Part shown: positions 18,084-27,981 of the stretch, one piece after another
Numbering within the stretch: position 1 is the stretch's first letter
Layout of the letters: the number at the start of each line of letters is the position of its first letter
NCBI GenBank assembly: GCA_015489405.1
Contig: WFZU01000029.1
Location: 1-52,980 of the forward strand
DNA: 52,980 nucleotides
Reading direction: 5' to 3'
From: Bacteroidales bacterium
GTDB taxonomy: Bacteria > Bacteroidota > Bacteroidia > Bacteroidales > S143-32
Program-made: the position numbers and the translations under genes
The notes under the pieces: model-generated
What the model saw: only the letters and a program-made list of their open reading frames with translations
The model's database searches: none
Told to the model about the DNA's origin: nothing

Positions 18084-19157
18084 ATGAAAAAAATAAGTAT
18101 ACTATTAGTAATGATTATGGCAGCCTTTGCTGTCAACGCACAGGTAGCTATCAACAAAGACGGAAGTGCACCGGATGCCGGTTCTATCCTTCACGTGAAA
18201 AATAATGTAGGTAGTCAATTTATCTTTTCCGATTCGTATGGAAATTTAAGATTGCAAAATGAGAGTACTTCCAATGGAGGTGGAAATGCATACATCGAAT
18301 TTGGTAATTCTTCCGGTTCGGGCGGAAGTTTTTCTTCCGTCGGATACATCGGGAAGGTTCACAATAATTCGAATCTCCATATTCAAGCAATGAGTGCCGG
18401 AATTACGTTCAGGGTCGGGACTTCTACATATAGCCGTATTGATCCTTCAGGAAATTGGGGAATAGGAACAACGCTTCCAACTGTCAGACTGGATGTAAGC
18501 GGAGATGCAAAAACTTCCGGCGACATCACTTCCGGTGGGGATATTTCCGCTACCGGTGATGTTACTGCCAGTGGTGATCTTTGGGGAACGAATGGATATT
18601 TGACTGATAATTTGGAAGTCGGAGGCAACTCTACTTTGTCAGGGCAAGTTTCCATAGGAGGAGCAACTATGGGAGCAAGACAACTTGCTATCGAAGCCGG
18701 AAGTAATATAGGTGTCTACGTCGGGAATAACGGTTCATACGCATCTATCTACGCTACTAACGCCGGAACCGGTCCTGCTTTGTATGTTAATTTAGGAAAT
18801 ATTGAATTACATAATTCCTCTTCATTAGACATTGCCGGAACAGGAGAAGTCAATCGTGCGGCACAAGGGAGTGCTGATTTAATTCCTATTGCTTATGGGA
18901 TTGTAAACTCAGATGGAACAACTTCTAATGCAGGGACAGGAAACTGGAGTGCTAGCTGGACTAATGGTCGTTATGAAATTACAATTACGGGAGAGAACTT
19001 CTATTATAGTAACTATATTGTTGTAGCGAATAATATTGGAAGCCCATCAATGTCTATTTCATACGGTTCTCAAAATGGAAAGCTGGTTATCTATCCAAAG
19101 AATTCATCAGGAAGTGTTGTACAAGACAATTTCAGTTTTGTGGTTTACAAACCATAA
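18084..19157 (+). CDS. Hypothetical secreted protein with xGDxxx hexapeptide repeats (tail-fibre-like)
   Basis: Signal peptide MKKISILLVMIMAAFAVNAQ. Five consecutive hexapeptides follow: SGDAKT SGDITS GGDISA TGDVTA SGDLWG. The protein is Gly/Ser/Asn-rich. The N-terminal AINKDGSAPDAGSILHV resembles Bacteroidota tail-fibre-domain proteins. Confidence 0.6.
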   Translation: MKKISILLVMIMAAFAVNAQVAINKDGSAPDAGSILHVKNNVGSQFIFSDSYGNLRLQNESTSNGGGNAYIEFGNSSGSGGSFSSVGYIGKVHNNSNLHIQAMSAGITFRVGTSTYSRIDPSGNWGIGTTLPTVRLDVSGDAKTSGDITSGGDISATGDVTASGDLWGTNGYLTDNLEVGGNSTLSGQVSIGGATMGARQLAIEAGSNIGVYVGNNGSYASIYATNAGTGPALYVNLGNIELHNSSSLDIAGTGEVNRAAQGSADLIPIAYGIVNSDGTTSNAGTGNWSASWTNGRYEITITGENFYYSNYIVVANNIGSPSMSISYGSQNGKLVIYPKNSSGSVVQDNFSFVVYKP

Positions 19158-19180
19158 CAAATATGATTCTTACAAAAAAA

Positions 19181-19208
19181 GCACCCTCAAAAAAAGGGTG
19201 CTTTTTTT
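19181..19208 (+). terminator. Rho-independent terminator (A-run/T-run flanked, potentially bidirectional)
   Basis: GCACCCT-N7-AGGGTGC followed by T7 and preceded by A7. Confidence 0.8.
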
Positions 19209-19352
19209 ATTTCATAAAAACACGCTCAAAATACACGAGTCATTGAAGAAAAGATTTTTCAAAAATCTGCTTCATAGAAGATTTGTTTTTGCTATTCCGT
19301 ATGAGGACTTCCGTAGCCTCAAATTTTCCGTATTTCCTGTCCATTCTTTTTA

Positions 19353-19360
19353 TACCTTTG
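19353..19360 (+). promoter_or_regulatory. Candidate -7 promoter box (TACCTTTG) for the GH31 gene
   Basis: Matches TAnnTTTG, 16 nt upstream of the ATG at 19376. Confidence 0.35.
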
Positions 19361-19375
19361 GCTCGCAATAAAAAA

Positions 19376-22165
19376 ATGACAAACTTGAGATATTTCCGGG
19401 CTTTTTGGTTATTGTTGCTCTCCCTGACAGTCAGAGGGCAAGCGGTCGAACTTATTCCCGCCAATCCCTCTTTGGACGACAGCGTGAAGGTCATTCTCTA
19501 TGCTGACCGGGGCAACAAAGCCTTGCAAGATTTTGACGGAGAAGTCTATATGTTTTCCGGTGTTTTAACTGCCGGCAGCAAGGATTCCGGCGATTGGAAA
19601 CACCCTATAGGGAAAAAGGATGCGCCGGATGAGAAACTTCAAATGAAAGCTCTGGCAAAAGATATCTATGCTTTCCAAATGCGTAATATCCGGGACTTTT
19701 ACCATATTCCCGGAGGGGAAAAAGTGCAGCAATTGGTTTTCGCCTTTCACAACCGGGACGGGAGCATTATTGCCAAAAAGAAAAACGGGGAATATTTTAC
19801 CGTACCGGTAAATGATTATTTCCCGGAATTAAAAAAATTGGACACGGCAAGCTATTTTCAACGGCAATTTATTTCGTATCAATACCAATGGGGAAAGTTG
19901 ACTATAGAAACCAACCACGGCAAACTCCTGCTACAAGCCTATACCAACGACATCATCAAAATCAGCAACCGGCTGACGCCCGTGCTTACGGATTCGTCTA
20001 ATGCCGTCATTCTCCCTGCCTCCAACATTCAAATGAAGATCGAAGAAAGCGAGCAGCGTATTACGGTCGAAGCCGGAAATTTTCAAATTGAGATTGAGAA
20101 ATTTCCGGTGCGGCTCCGTTTTTCCTATCGCAATCATCTTATTCTCGAAGAGGAAAAGGGATATTACAAGGAAAAAGAGAAGTCGGGCTTGTACTTTGCC
20201 ATTCAACAGAATGAAAAATTTTGGGGACTGGGTGAACGCGCTATTCCCGGTGCGCTGAACGGGGAGCGTTACGAACTCTATAACAATGCCCCCGGAAGGT
20301 ATGAAACGGGAGCCAAAAATCTCGATTATTCCGTCCCTCTCCTGCTCTCCTCGCAAAAATATATGTTGTTTTTTGACAACCCCTCCAAAGGCACTGTGGA
20401 CATTGGACATACGAATGCGCATGTCCTGCAGTGGGAAGGCTTGGGTGCCAATAATACGTATTTTCTTGCCGGAGGGAAAAACTACCGTGACATTTTGAAA
20501 GCCTATTTCAAACTTACCGGCAGACAGAAAATCCCTCCCCGGTGGGCTTTTGGCAATATTCTTTACGGAATGTCCTCCGGCGCCGGTGAAATTCCCGCCC
20601 GTGAAGTCGAAAACATACAAAATGCCCGTTTCCCTGCAGATGCTCTTATACTTAATTTACGGGTAGCCGGCACAAGTCCGGGAAAGCAAAGTAGCCGCCG
20701 CACTATCGAACATCTTAAACAAAAGGGAATCAAAACAATAGGGCTCACCAGTCCCTATTTGCCGGATACGTCAAAAGATTTTAGCCTCTTGGACAGACAA
20801 GGCTTATTTGCCAAAGACAAAATCGGAAAAACCTATATCCTTAGCGATACTTCCTCCTTAGGACACTGTGCTTTGATTGATATTTTTAAGCCGGGGGCAC
20901 AATCTTGGGTTTGGAAAGACTATCAACAACAAATCTCCCTTGGACAGGATGCACTTTGTGAAGATGCCGGTGAACCGGAAATACACCCGCCGGATATGTA
21001 TCATGTAGCGGGAAAGGCTGATGAAATCCACAATCTGTATGCCCATTACCGGGAAAAATTATGGTATGAAGGATACCGGAAAGAATATCCGGGGAAAAGG
21101 TTGTTTACCTTAAATAGTGCCGGCTATGCCGGTTCGCAACGATATTCCGTCTTTCCGTGGGCAAGGGATGTCCGGCGTACTTGGAGCGGCTTGCAAGCCC
21201 AGATTCCGGTGATGTTGCATGCAAGCGTCTCGGGTCTCCCCTACATTCACACGGTCGCCGGTGGCATTAAGCCGCAAGAAAAAGATGCGGAACTCTTTAT
21301 CCGTTGGTTACAGCTGGCAGCCTTCACCCCTGTTCTCCGAACGAGCGAAACGGATCTAAGCTCCGTAGCAAGGCTTTTTCCGGATTCTACCCAAAAGATA
21401 ATCCGGCAAGTGATAAATGAACGTTACCGCCTTCTCCCCTATTTCTACACCTTGGCTTGGAAACAAGCAACGCTTGGAGAACTTCTGATTAAACCCCTGT
21501 TTTTCAATTATCCGAAGGAGTCACCGGCATACAATTTCAAGGACACGTATTTGTTGGGCGACCGCTTGCTCATTCATCCTGTCCTGTATGCTCACAAGGA
21601 ATGGAGCAACATTTATTTACCCAAAGGCTTATGGTACGATTATTATTCGGGCGAAGCCTATACCGGGGAAAATATTATCCGTTACCGGAACAGCATTCAA
21701 CATATTCCGGTCTTTGTGCGTGCCGGAAGCTTTATAGCTAAAGTCCGCCCCGTATTGTCCATGGACCAATACCGTACGGATACTCTTTGGATAAGCTACT
21801 ACCCTACCCACCGTGAAGGAACATACAATTCACGCATCTACGAAGATGACGGACATACACGGAATGCCTGGAAAAAGCAGAAATTTGAGATTATGAGTTT
21901 CTTTGCGGGGGAAAATGATAAAGAACTCAATATCCGTTTTCAGAAACAATTTTTTGAATATGACGGAAGAATCGCAAAACGAAGAATCATACTCCGCATT
22001 CTTTCCCCCGGTTTCCGCATAAAAAAAGTTGAGATTAACGGCAAAAAAATATTGCCGGAAGCGAAAGCCAAAGGGGATGCTTACTATGTTTCCGGCGAAG
22101 ATGATATTCTCCTGTATTTTCCTTGGGGAGATAAAGATCTTACGATAGATTTGAAGAGTCATTGA
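19376..22165 (+). CDS. Glycoside hydrolase family 31 (alpha-glucosidase/alpha-xylosidase-like), secreted
   Basis: Start moved to MTNLRYFRAFWLLLLSLTVRGQ (signal peptide; ATG at 19376 verified). GH31-like blocks are present: WGLGER, the nucleophile region DALCEDAGEPE, GSQRYSVFPWARD and IPVFVRAGSFI. The sequence is divergent from the canonical WxDMNE motif. Confidence 0.7.
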   Translation: MTNLRYFRAFWLLLLSLTVRGQAVELIPANPSLDDSVKVILYADRGNKALQDFDGEVYMFSGVLTAGSKDSGDWKHPIGKKDAPDEKLQMKALAKDIYAFQMRNIRDFYHIPGGEKVQQLVFAFHNRDGSIIAKKKNGEYFTVPVNDYFPELKKLDTASYFQRQFISYQYQWGKLTIETNHGKLLLQAYTNDIIKISNRLTPVLTDSSNAVILPASNIQMKIEESEQRITVEAGNFQIEIEKFPVRLRFSYRNHLILEEEKGYYKEKEKSGLYFAIQQNEKFWGLGERAIPGALNGERYELYNNAPGRYETGAKNLDYSVPLLLSSQKYMLFFDNPSKGTVDIGHTNAHVLQWEGLGANNTYFLAGGKNYRDILKAYFKLTGRQKIPPRWAFGNILYGMSSGAGEIPAREVENIQNARFPADALILNLRVAGTSPGKQSSRRTIEHLKQKGIKTIGLTSPYLPDTSKDFSLLDRQGLFAKDKIGKTYILSDTSSLGHCALIDIFKPGAQSWVWKDYQQQISLGQDALCEDAGEPEIHPPDMYHVAGKADEIHNLYAHYREKLWYEGYRKEYPGKRLFTLNSAGYAGSQRYSVFPWARDVRRTWSGLQAQIPVMLHASVSGLPYIHTVAGGIKPQEKDAELFIRWLQLAAFTPVLRTSETDLSSVARLFPDSTQKIIRQVINERYRLLPYFYTLAWKQATLGELLIKPLFFNYPKESPAYNFKDTYLLGDRLLIHPVLYAHKEWSNIYLPKGLWYDYYSGEAYTGENIIRYRNSIQHIPVFVRAGSFIAKVRPVLSMDQYRTDTLWISYYPTHREGTYNSRIYEDDGHTRNAWKKQKFEIMSFFAGENDKELNIRFQKQFFEYDGRIAKRRIILRILSPGFRIKKVEINGKKILPEAKAKGDAYYVSGEDDILLYFPWGDKDLTIDLKSH

Positions 22166-22244
22166 CCCCTTTGTATGCGGCACCTCCCCACCGGCAAAAA
22201 ATTCAGGCTTTCACATCATCGCACAATGAACAGGATACCCCCTC

Positions 22245-24614
22245 CTACAATTTTAATCGATTGGTCATAAACGTAACGAAAACGACAATCGAAATAGAAC
22301 TCAAGGGCATCAATATGGCAGCGATGATAGGATTCAACATACCGGTTACGGCAAAGCCGAGCCCCACAATATTATAAGCTATTGCCAGGGCAAAACTCAT
22401 ATAAATAATCTGTTTGGTACGTTGTGCATACCTCAAATACAAAGGCAATTTGGAAAACCGGGAAGCCTTCATAATAATATCGCTCGAAGGAGTAAACACA
22501 TTGGTATCCTCCGAAATAGCAATCCCTACATTGCTTTGCCGGAGAGCGCCCGCATCATTCAATCCGTCTCCCATCATCAGCACCCGCTGCCCGGAGGCTT
22601 GGAGACGTTCGATAAAGTCTGTTTTATCATGCACCGACTGATTGAAATACAATTCTGTCCCGTCAGGCAAAAGTTTCCTTAATTCTTTCTCTTCGTGATT
22701 GTTATCTCCGGACAAGATGACCAGTTTGTATTTCCGGCTCAGCTGTTCCAACACTTCTTTTATCGCTTTGCGAAATCCGGCTTCAAAAACGAAGGTTTCC
22801 CTCACTTCCCCATTGACGGCGAAAAACACCTTTGTGCGGGCATCCGTATTTTCCGTTTTCACAAAAGAAGCCGAACCCAGACGGTATTCGTTGCCTTGAT
22901 AATTGGCGATAATGCCTTTGCCGGTAATTTCCAACAGATTCTCCACAGCAAGCTCTTTTTCGTCCGAAAATTGTTGATAAAGCAAGCGGCTCAAAGGATG
23001 ATTGGAGGCTTTAGCCATGGCTCTGACGATACGTTTTTCCTCCTCCGTCAAATTATTGCGAAGCGGATGCACCTTATACTTGGATTGCTCCGTGATGGTT
23101 CCGGTTTTATCAAAAACGATGGTATCTATATGCGTCATATCTTCCAATACGCGCGCATTTTTCAAATAAAAATGATCATAGCCGAAATTGCGCAACATAT
23201 TGCCGAAAGCAAAGGGCGCCGACAGCGCCAAAGCACAAGGACAAGCTACGATAAGTATGGAGGATATTACCCAAACCGCAGTGGCAAGACCTGCCGAAAC
23301 ATACCAGTAGATTCCCGCTGCCAAAGCGATAGACAAAATAGCCAAAGTAAAATGTTTGCTCACTTTATCCGTAATGGATTGGATATGTTCCCCGTTGTCT
23401 TTGGTAAAAATATCCCGGCTCCACAATTTCGTCAAATAGCTGTTGTCCACATCTTTGACAGCCTCCATTTCCAGATAATCACCGATTTGTTTGCCTCCGG
23501 CTAAAATTTTATCCCCCACATTTTTCTCCACCGGCATAGACTCTCCGGTAACAAAACTGTAATCAATAAGGGCTTTTCCTTTGAGCAAAACCGAATCCAC
23601 CGGCACAATCTCCTGATTCCTGATAAGCAAGCGGTCGCCCGGCTTTACGTCTTTTACTTCAACTATTTTTTCTTTTCCATTTTCAATAAGCGTAATAGCA
23701 ATAGGAAAATAGGATTTGTAGTCCCGTTCAAACGAAAGAGCTTCATAGGTTTTTCCTTGATACCATTTTCCCAACAGGAGAAAAAACACCAAGCCGGACA
23801 GGGAGTCCAAATATCCGATTCCCGTACCGGTAATAATATCATACAAACTTTGCAAGAATAAGGTAATGATGCCTGTCGCCACCAGTATATCCACACTCAT
23901 AAACCGGTGTTTCAAGCCCTTGTAGGCAGAGCGAAAATAATCCGAAGCACAATAGACAATAACCGGAATGCTCAAAGCGACACTCAACCAACCGAACAGA
24001 TGACGATATCGTAAAGGCACAATCTCCGCCCCTTGAAAATATTCAGGCAAATTATAGACCATTATGTTCATAAAGGCAAAGCCGGCAACGCCTATTTTCA
24101 TCAGCAGGCTCTTGTCTTGCGTGGGTTTGGCTGAATTATTTTCCAATTTTTCGAGATTCAATTCGGGAATATAATGAATCGCTGCCAACAATTCAACCAC
24201 TTGGCGGAGAGATATTTTCTTTTCCAGAAAATTGATACTCACCTCTTTGCGGGGAAAATTCACAAATGAATGCTGAATGTTCTCATTGAGCGTATGCAGG
24301 TTCTCAAGGAGCCAGATGCACGAAGCGCAGTGAATAGAGGGAATATGCAAGGTTACTTTGGCAATTTCTCCATCCGAAAACTCTATTAATTTCTCTTTGA
24401 CCGAGTCTAAATCCAAAAAAGCATATTTCTGTTCGTGAGCTTCTGTCTCTACCTTTATTCCCGGCAGTTTTTCAAACTCATAATATTGCTTCATATCCTT
24501 CTCATGGAGAAGTTGATATACGGTCTTGCAGCCATGACAGCAAAAAGGTTTTCCGTCAAACATGACCGGATTTTTTCCGCAATCTTCACCGCAATGCACA
24601 CAGATTTTTCCCAT
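22245..24614 (-). CDS. ccoI: Heavy-metal (copper) translocating P1B-type ATPase, CcoI/FixI-like
   Basis: N-terminal Cys-rich metal-binding domain CVHCGEDC...CCHGCKTVY, an HMA-like CASC, the transmembrane CPC motif (ACPCALALS), the phosphorylation site DKTGTIT, and the hinge GDGLNDAGAL. Confidence 0.85.
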   Translation of the reverse strand: MGKICVHCGEDCGKNPVMFDGKPFCCHGCKTVYQLLHEKDMKQYYEFEKLPGIKVETEAHEQKYAFLDLDSVKEKLIEFSDGEIAKVTLHIPSIHCASCIWLLENLHTLNENIQHSFVNFPRKEVSINFLEKKISLRQVVELLAAIHYIPELNLEKLENNSAKPTQDKSLLMKIGVAGFAFMNIMVYNLPEYFQGAEIVPLRYRHLFGWLSVALSIPVIVYCASDYFRSAYKGLKHRFMSVDILVATGIITLFLQSLYDIITGTGIGYLDSLSGLVFFLLLGKWYQGKTYEALSFERDYKSYFPIAITLIENGKEKIVEVKDVKPGDRLLIRNQEIVPVDSVLLKGKALIDYSFVTGESMPVEKNVGDKILAGGKQIGDYLEMEAVKDVDNSYLTKLWSRDIFTKDNGEHIQSITDKVSKHFTLAILSIALAAGIYWYVSAGLATAVWVISSILIVACPCALALSAPFAFGNMLRNFGYDHFYLKNARVLEDMTHIDTIVFDKTGTITEQSKYKVHPLRNNLTEEEKRIVRAMAKASNHPLSRLLYQQFSDEKELAVENLLEITGKGIIANYQGNEYRLGSASFVKTENTDARTKVFFAVNGEVRETFVFEAGFRKAIKEVLEQLSRKYKLVILSGDNNHEEKELRKLLPDGTELYFNQSVHDKTDFIERLQASGQRVLMMGDGLNDAGALRQSNVGIAISEDTNVFTPSSDIIMKASRFSKLPLYLRYAQRTKQIIYMSFALAIAYNIVGLGFAVTGMLNPIIAAILMPLSSISIVVFVTFMTNRLKL

Positions 24615-24683
24615 ATCGTTTTTTTGTATCAGCCGGTCTGTCTATTTCCGGAATATCCGGTAAAAACAAGACAATAAATTGCG

Positions 24684-25118
24684 CTAATTTTTCATTCTTT
24701 CCAAAGCCATTTGTATGGGTTCGTGGTGGTCAAAAGCAAGTTCGGGCAGATTACCTGCGTCAAACCATTGAGCTTCTGCTGCGTCATCCCCGGCTTTTAC
24801 GGATGAATTTTCCATAGTGGTCATCCCCCAAAAAGTAATGGTAATCGTACGACCGCGCGGGTCTCTTCCGGGCGTACCGAAAGTATGAAGTTGTTGCAAA
24901 CGTACACCTCGCAGGCCGGTCTCTTCTTCCAATTCACGGAGGACTGCCTCTTCACAGGTTTCCTCCATTTCCAGATAGCCTCCCGGTAGCGCCCACATTC
25001 CTTCAAAAGGATAATGCTTCCGCCGGATGAGGAGGACTTCAAGTTTCTCCTCATTTTTTCTAAATACAACCGCATCCACCGTTACCGCCGGACGGGGCCA
25101 TTCATATGTATAACTCAT
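24684..25118 (-). CDS. NUDIX hydrolase
   Basis: Nudix box GGYLEMEETCEEAVLRELEEETGL. Length 144 aa. Confidence 0.85.
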   Translation of the reverse strand: MSYTYEWPRPAVTVDAVVFRKNEEKLEVLLIRRKHYPFEGMWALPGGYLEMEETCEEAVLRELEEETGLRGVRLQQLHTFGTPGRDPRGRTITITFWGMTTMENSSVKAGDDAAEAQWFDAGNLPELAFDHHEPIQMALERMKN

Positions 25119-25195
25119 ATTTTTATCTTTTTATCAACACAAACATTCTTTTCATCCGGGCACTCATAGGGCTATCGACAGAATCAAGCGTACTT

Positions 25196-26599
25196 TTATC
25201 CAATGTGAATGCCCGCATGCAGCGCAAGCCGCAAGAAAATAATCAAACCGAAAGTGGCAAGAAAGAGTTTTTTCTCAATCGTAATTCGCGGTTCTTCATC
25301 CATATCCGCAAAATACATGGGACCGAAGGACTTTATCATTCCAATCATAGGTATCAATACAATAAACACCCCCATGGACTTCAATATATCAAACCACATC
25401 TCATCAATCGTTTCAAAGTAAAAGTCCGAGGGTATTTTCATCAATATGATTATTATGGTACCAATAATCATCGGTGCAACGATTTGACTATTAACAAAAT
25501 ACTTTTTATTCTTGGCGTCAATGTATCCAAAATAATGTTGTGCGGAACTATAAAAACTCTTTGCCAACAAAGAGCCCAATGCGACCAAGGCAAATAAGCC
25601 GATAAAGGAATAAACCATCTTTCCGGTATCCATATAATACATATAGGAAATCACCCAGCCGAAGCCCTGTTCGAGCAAAGTCCCGAAAAATAAAGCCCCA
25701 AACATAGCATTTACCCCATGTACGGCACCCCATAAATAAAACAAGCGGATCAGCGTTCCTTTTTCGGAATACATGGAATAGAGCAAAATGAAAATGGCAC
25801 TCAACAGTATTCCCGTGAGCGGGATAATACTGAAAAGGATTTTTACGGCATCCATGGTCCACGCATCCACACTTATATCAAAGTAAAGTTTATTGTAAAA
25901 AAGGATTAGTTTATAGTCAAAATTCATTGAGACCAGAATGCGAATTAATTGTCCCAAAATAAATATCAGAAAATAGGATAGCAGAAACATACTCAATGAG
26001 TTGAGCATAATTGCGTAATAATTGCGCTTCTTTTCCCTGTCCTCCGGCACACCAAACATCCGTTTGATAGCATCTTTTACTTTCACCGGCGTCAAAGACC
26101 GCAAACCTATCCAAAAATGGAGAAGGCTACGTTTTACAAATACTTTTAACAGCCGCCTGCGCCGTTTACGGTTAAATTGTTTGAGTTTTTTCTCTTTCTC
26201 TTTTTGTTTTCTAATGTTCTCCCTTTCTATCCGGCGTTGTTCTTCCAGTCTTTTTTTGTATTCCAGCTGTTCTTTTTCTTCCTCTTCTTTATTGACAGCG
26301 GTTTTCTTCAAGACAAAAGCGGGTTTGCTTTCTTCTTCTTGGGGAAGCATCTGTAGTTGCTCCCTTTCCAAGGCAAGTTCTTCTTTTTCCCGTCTCCGCC
26401 TTAATCTTTCCTGTTTCCTTTCCAGTTCCTTTTGAAGTTTTAGTTTTCTTTTGGCTTCCTGCTCTTGCAGCCGGCGTTCCCGTTTTTCCTTCTTGATTTG
26501 CTCTTTGATTCTTTTTTTGATAATTCTCTTCTTATAACGCAAAAAACGCAAGCGTCTGTATATCTTGTACGTAGTGCTGTATGTTCTTTTTTGCTTCAT
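25196..26599 (-). CDS. Polytopic membrane protein with a roughly 150-aa Lys/Arg/Glu-rich N-terminal region (unknown function)
   Basis: The N-terminus is almost entirely K/R/E/Q (e.g. KKRIKEQIKKEKRERRLQEQEAKRKLKLQKELERKQERLRRRREKEE). About 7-8 hydrophobic helices follow. I recognise no family. Confidence 0.6.
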   Translation of the reverse strand: MKQKRTYSTTYKIYRRLRFLRYKKRIIKKRIKEQIKKEKRERRLQEQEAKRKLKLQKELERKQERLRRRREKEELALEREQLQMLPQEEESKPAFVLKKTAVNKEEEEKEQLEYKKRLEEQRRIERENIRKQKEKEKKLKQFNRKRRRRLLKVFVKRSLLHFWIGLRSLTPVKVKDAIKRMFGVPEDREKKRNYYAIMLNSLSMFLLSYFLIFILGQLIRILVSMNFDYKLILFYNKLYFDISVDAWTMDAVKILFSIIPLTGILLSAIFILLYSMYSEKGTLIRLFYLWGAVHGVNAMFGALFFGTLLEQGFGWVISYMYYMDTGKMVYSFIGLFALVALGSLLAKSFYSSAQHYFGYIDAKNKKYFVNSQIVAPMIIGTIIIILMKIPSDFYFETIDEMWFDILKSMGVFIVLIPMIGMIKSFGPMYFADMDEEPRITIEKKLFLATFGLIIFLRLALHAGIHIG

Positions 26600-26615
26600 A
26601 AGACAGAATGGGATA

Positions 26616-26642
26616 AGAAAAACGCCCGGAAAGGGCGTTTTC
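26616..26642 (-). terminator. Rho-independent terminator after the alpha-oxoamine synthase gene
   Basis: AAAACGCCC-GGAAA-GGGCGTTTT. On the minus strand the hairpin is followed by TTTTTCTT. Confidence 0.7.
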
Positions 26643-26660
26643 GTATGATAATTTTATAGA

Positions 26661-27908
26661 TTAAACGGTCATTTTCACCATTTGCGACAAATCATATTCG
26701 TTATTTTTCAACTTTCTTTTTACTTCGGCGAATGCATTGACCGTATATTCCACATCTTCCATCGTGTGGGCAGCGGTAGGAATAAGGCGAATCATGATGA
26801 CCCCTTTGGGAACTACCGGATAAACCACAATCGACGTAAACAGACGATAATTTTCGCGCAAATCATAGATGATATGGGTAGCCTCGGGCAGTCCGCCGCT
26901 AAAATAGACCGGAGTAACCGGAGATTTCGTTTTTCCCAAATCAAAGCCTTGCGCTCTCAATCCACTTTGCAACGCATTGACAATTTTCCACAACTTATCT
27001 TTTTGAACATTGTCCCTGCGAATCATATCCAAACGTTTGAGGGCACCGATCACCATTGCCATAGGGAGGGATTTGGCAAACACTTGTGAACGCATATTAT
27101 ACATCAAGTATTTGATCAATTTCTCTTCTCCTGCGACGAAAGCGCCTATCCCCGCCATGGATTTGGCAAAGGTAGCAAAGTAAATATCCACTTGATCTTG
27201 CACTCCGAAATGTTCGTCTGTTCCGGCTCCGGTCGGTCCCATCGTCCCAAACCCGTGTGCATCATCGATGAAGAGTTTAAACTCATATTTCTCTTTCAAA
27301 CGGACGATTTCATCCAATTTTCCAAGGTCGCCTGCCATTCCGTAAACCCCTTCGGTAATGACAAGGACTCCACCGCCGTTTTCATCCGCTAATTTGGTAG
27401 CTCTTTGCAATTGTTTTTCGAGCTTTTCCATATCATTATGCGGGTACACAAAACGTTTTCCGAAATGTAATTGCATTCCGTCCAGGATACAGGCGTGAGC
27501 CTCCGAATCATATACGATTACATCCCTCCTGCTCACCAAAGCTTGAATGATGGAAACCATTCCCTGATAACCGAAATTCAGCAAATAAGCGGCAGGACGA
27601 TTGACGAATGCCGCCAATTCGGCTTCCAATTGTTCGTGATAGTCCGTATGACCGGACATCATCCGGGCACCCATGGGATAAGCTAATCCCCAATCTTTGG
27701 CAGCCTTGGCATCGGCTTCCCGTACTTCGGGGTGATTGGCTAAACCAAGGTAATTGTTAATGCTCCAATTAAGCATCTCTTTCCCCATAAACTCCATTCG
27801 CGGGGCAATCTCCCCTTTCAGTTTAGGAAAGGAAAAATAGCCGTGCGCATCATCCATGTATTGTCCCAAAGGACCTAAATTCTCTTCAAATTTTTTAAAT
27901 AAATCCAT
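26661..27908 (-). CDS. PLP-dependent alpha-oxoamine synthase family (serine palmitoyltransferase / KBL / BioF-like)
   Basis: Start moved to MDLFKKFEENLGP (ATG at 27908 verified). Family blocks are present: NNYLGLANHP, ITEGVYGMAGD, IDDAHGFG, and the PLP-lysine motif ATFAKSMAG. Substrate cannot be assigned from sequence alone. Confidence 0.8.
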   Translation of the reverse strand: MDLFKKFEENLGPLGQYMDDAHGYFSFPKLKGEIAPRMEFMGKEMLNWSINNYLGLANHPEVREADAKAAKDWGLAYPMGARMMSGHTDYHEQLEAELAAFVNRPAAYLLNFGYQGMVSIIQALVSRRDVIVYDSEAHACILDGMQLHFGKRFVYPHNDMEKLEKQLQRATKLADENGGGVLVITEGVYGMAGDLGKLDEIVRLKEKYEFKLFIDDAHGFGTMGPTGAGTDEHFGVQDQVDIYFATFAKSMAGIGAFVAGEEKLIKYLMYNMRSQVFAKSLPMAMVIGALKRLDMIRRDNVQKDKLWKIVNALQSGLRAQGFDLGKTKSPVTPVYFSGGLPEATHIIYDLRENYRLFTSIVVYPVVPKGVIMIRLIPTAAHTMEDVEYTVNAFAEVKRKLKNNEYDLSQMVKMTV

Positions 27909-27981
27909 ATGATAATTGTTTTGTTTTATGAGGGGGAATGAAAGGAAGACAAGTCCACCGGACAAACCACCTGTATTTTAA

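Noticed and set aside
20900-21200. Possible catalytically dead GH31 (nucleophile motif reads CEDAGEPE instead of WxDMNE, and the acid/base region reads WARD instead of WxGD)
   Set aside because: The Asp residues themselves appear to be retained in both motifs. The divergence is within what distant GH31 subfamilies show, and I cannot judge inactivity without a proper alignment.
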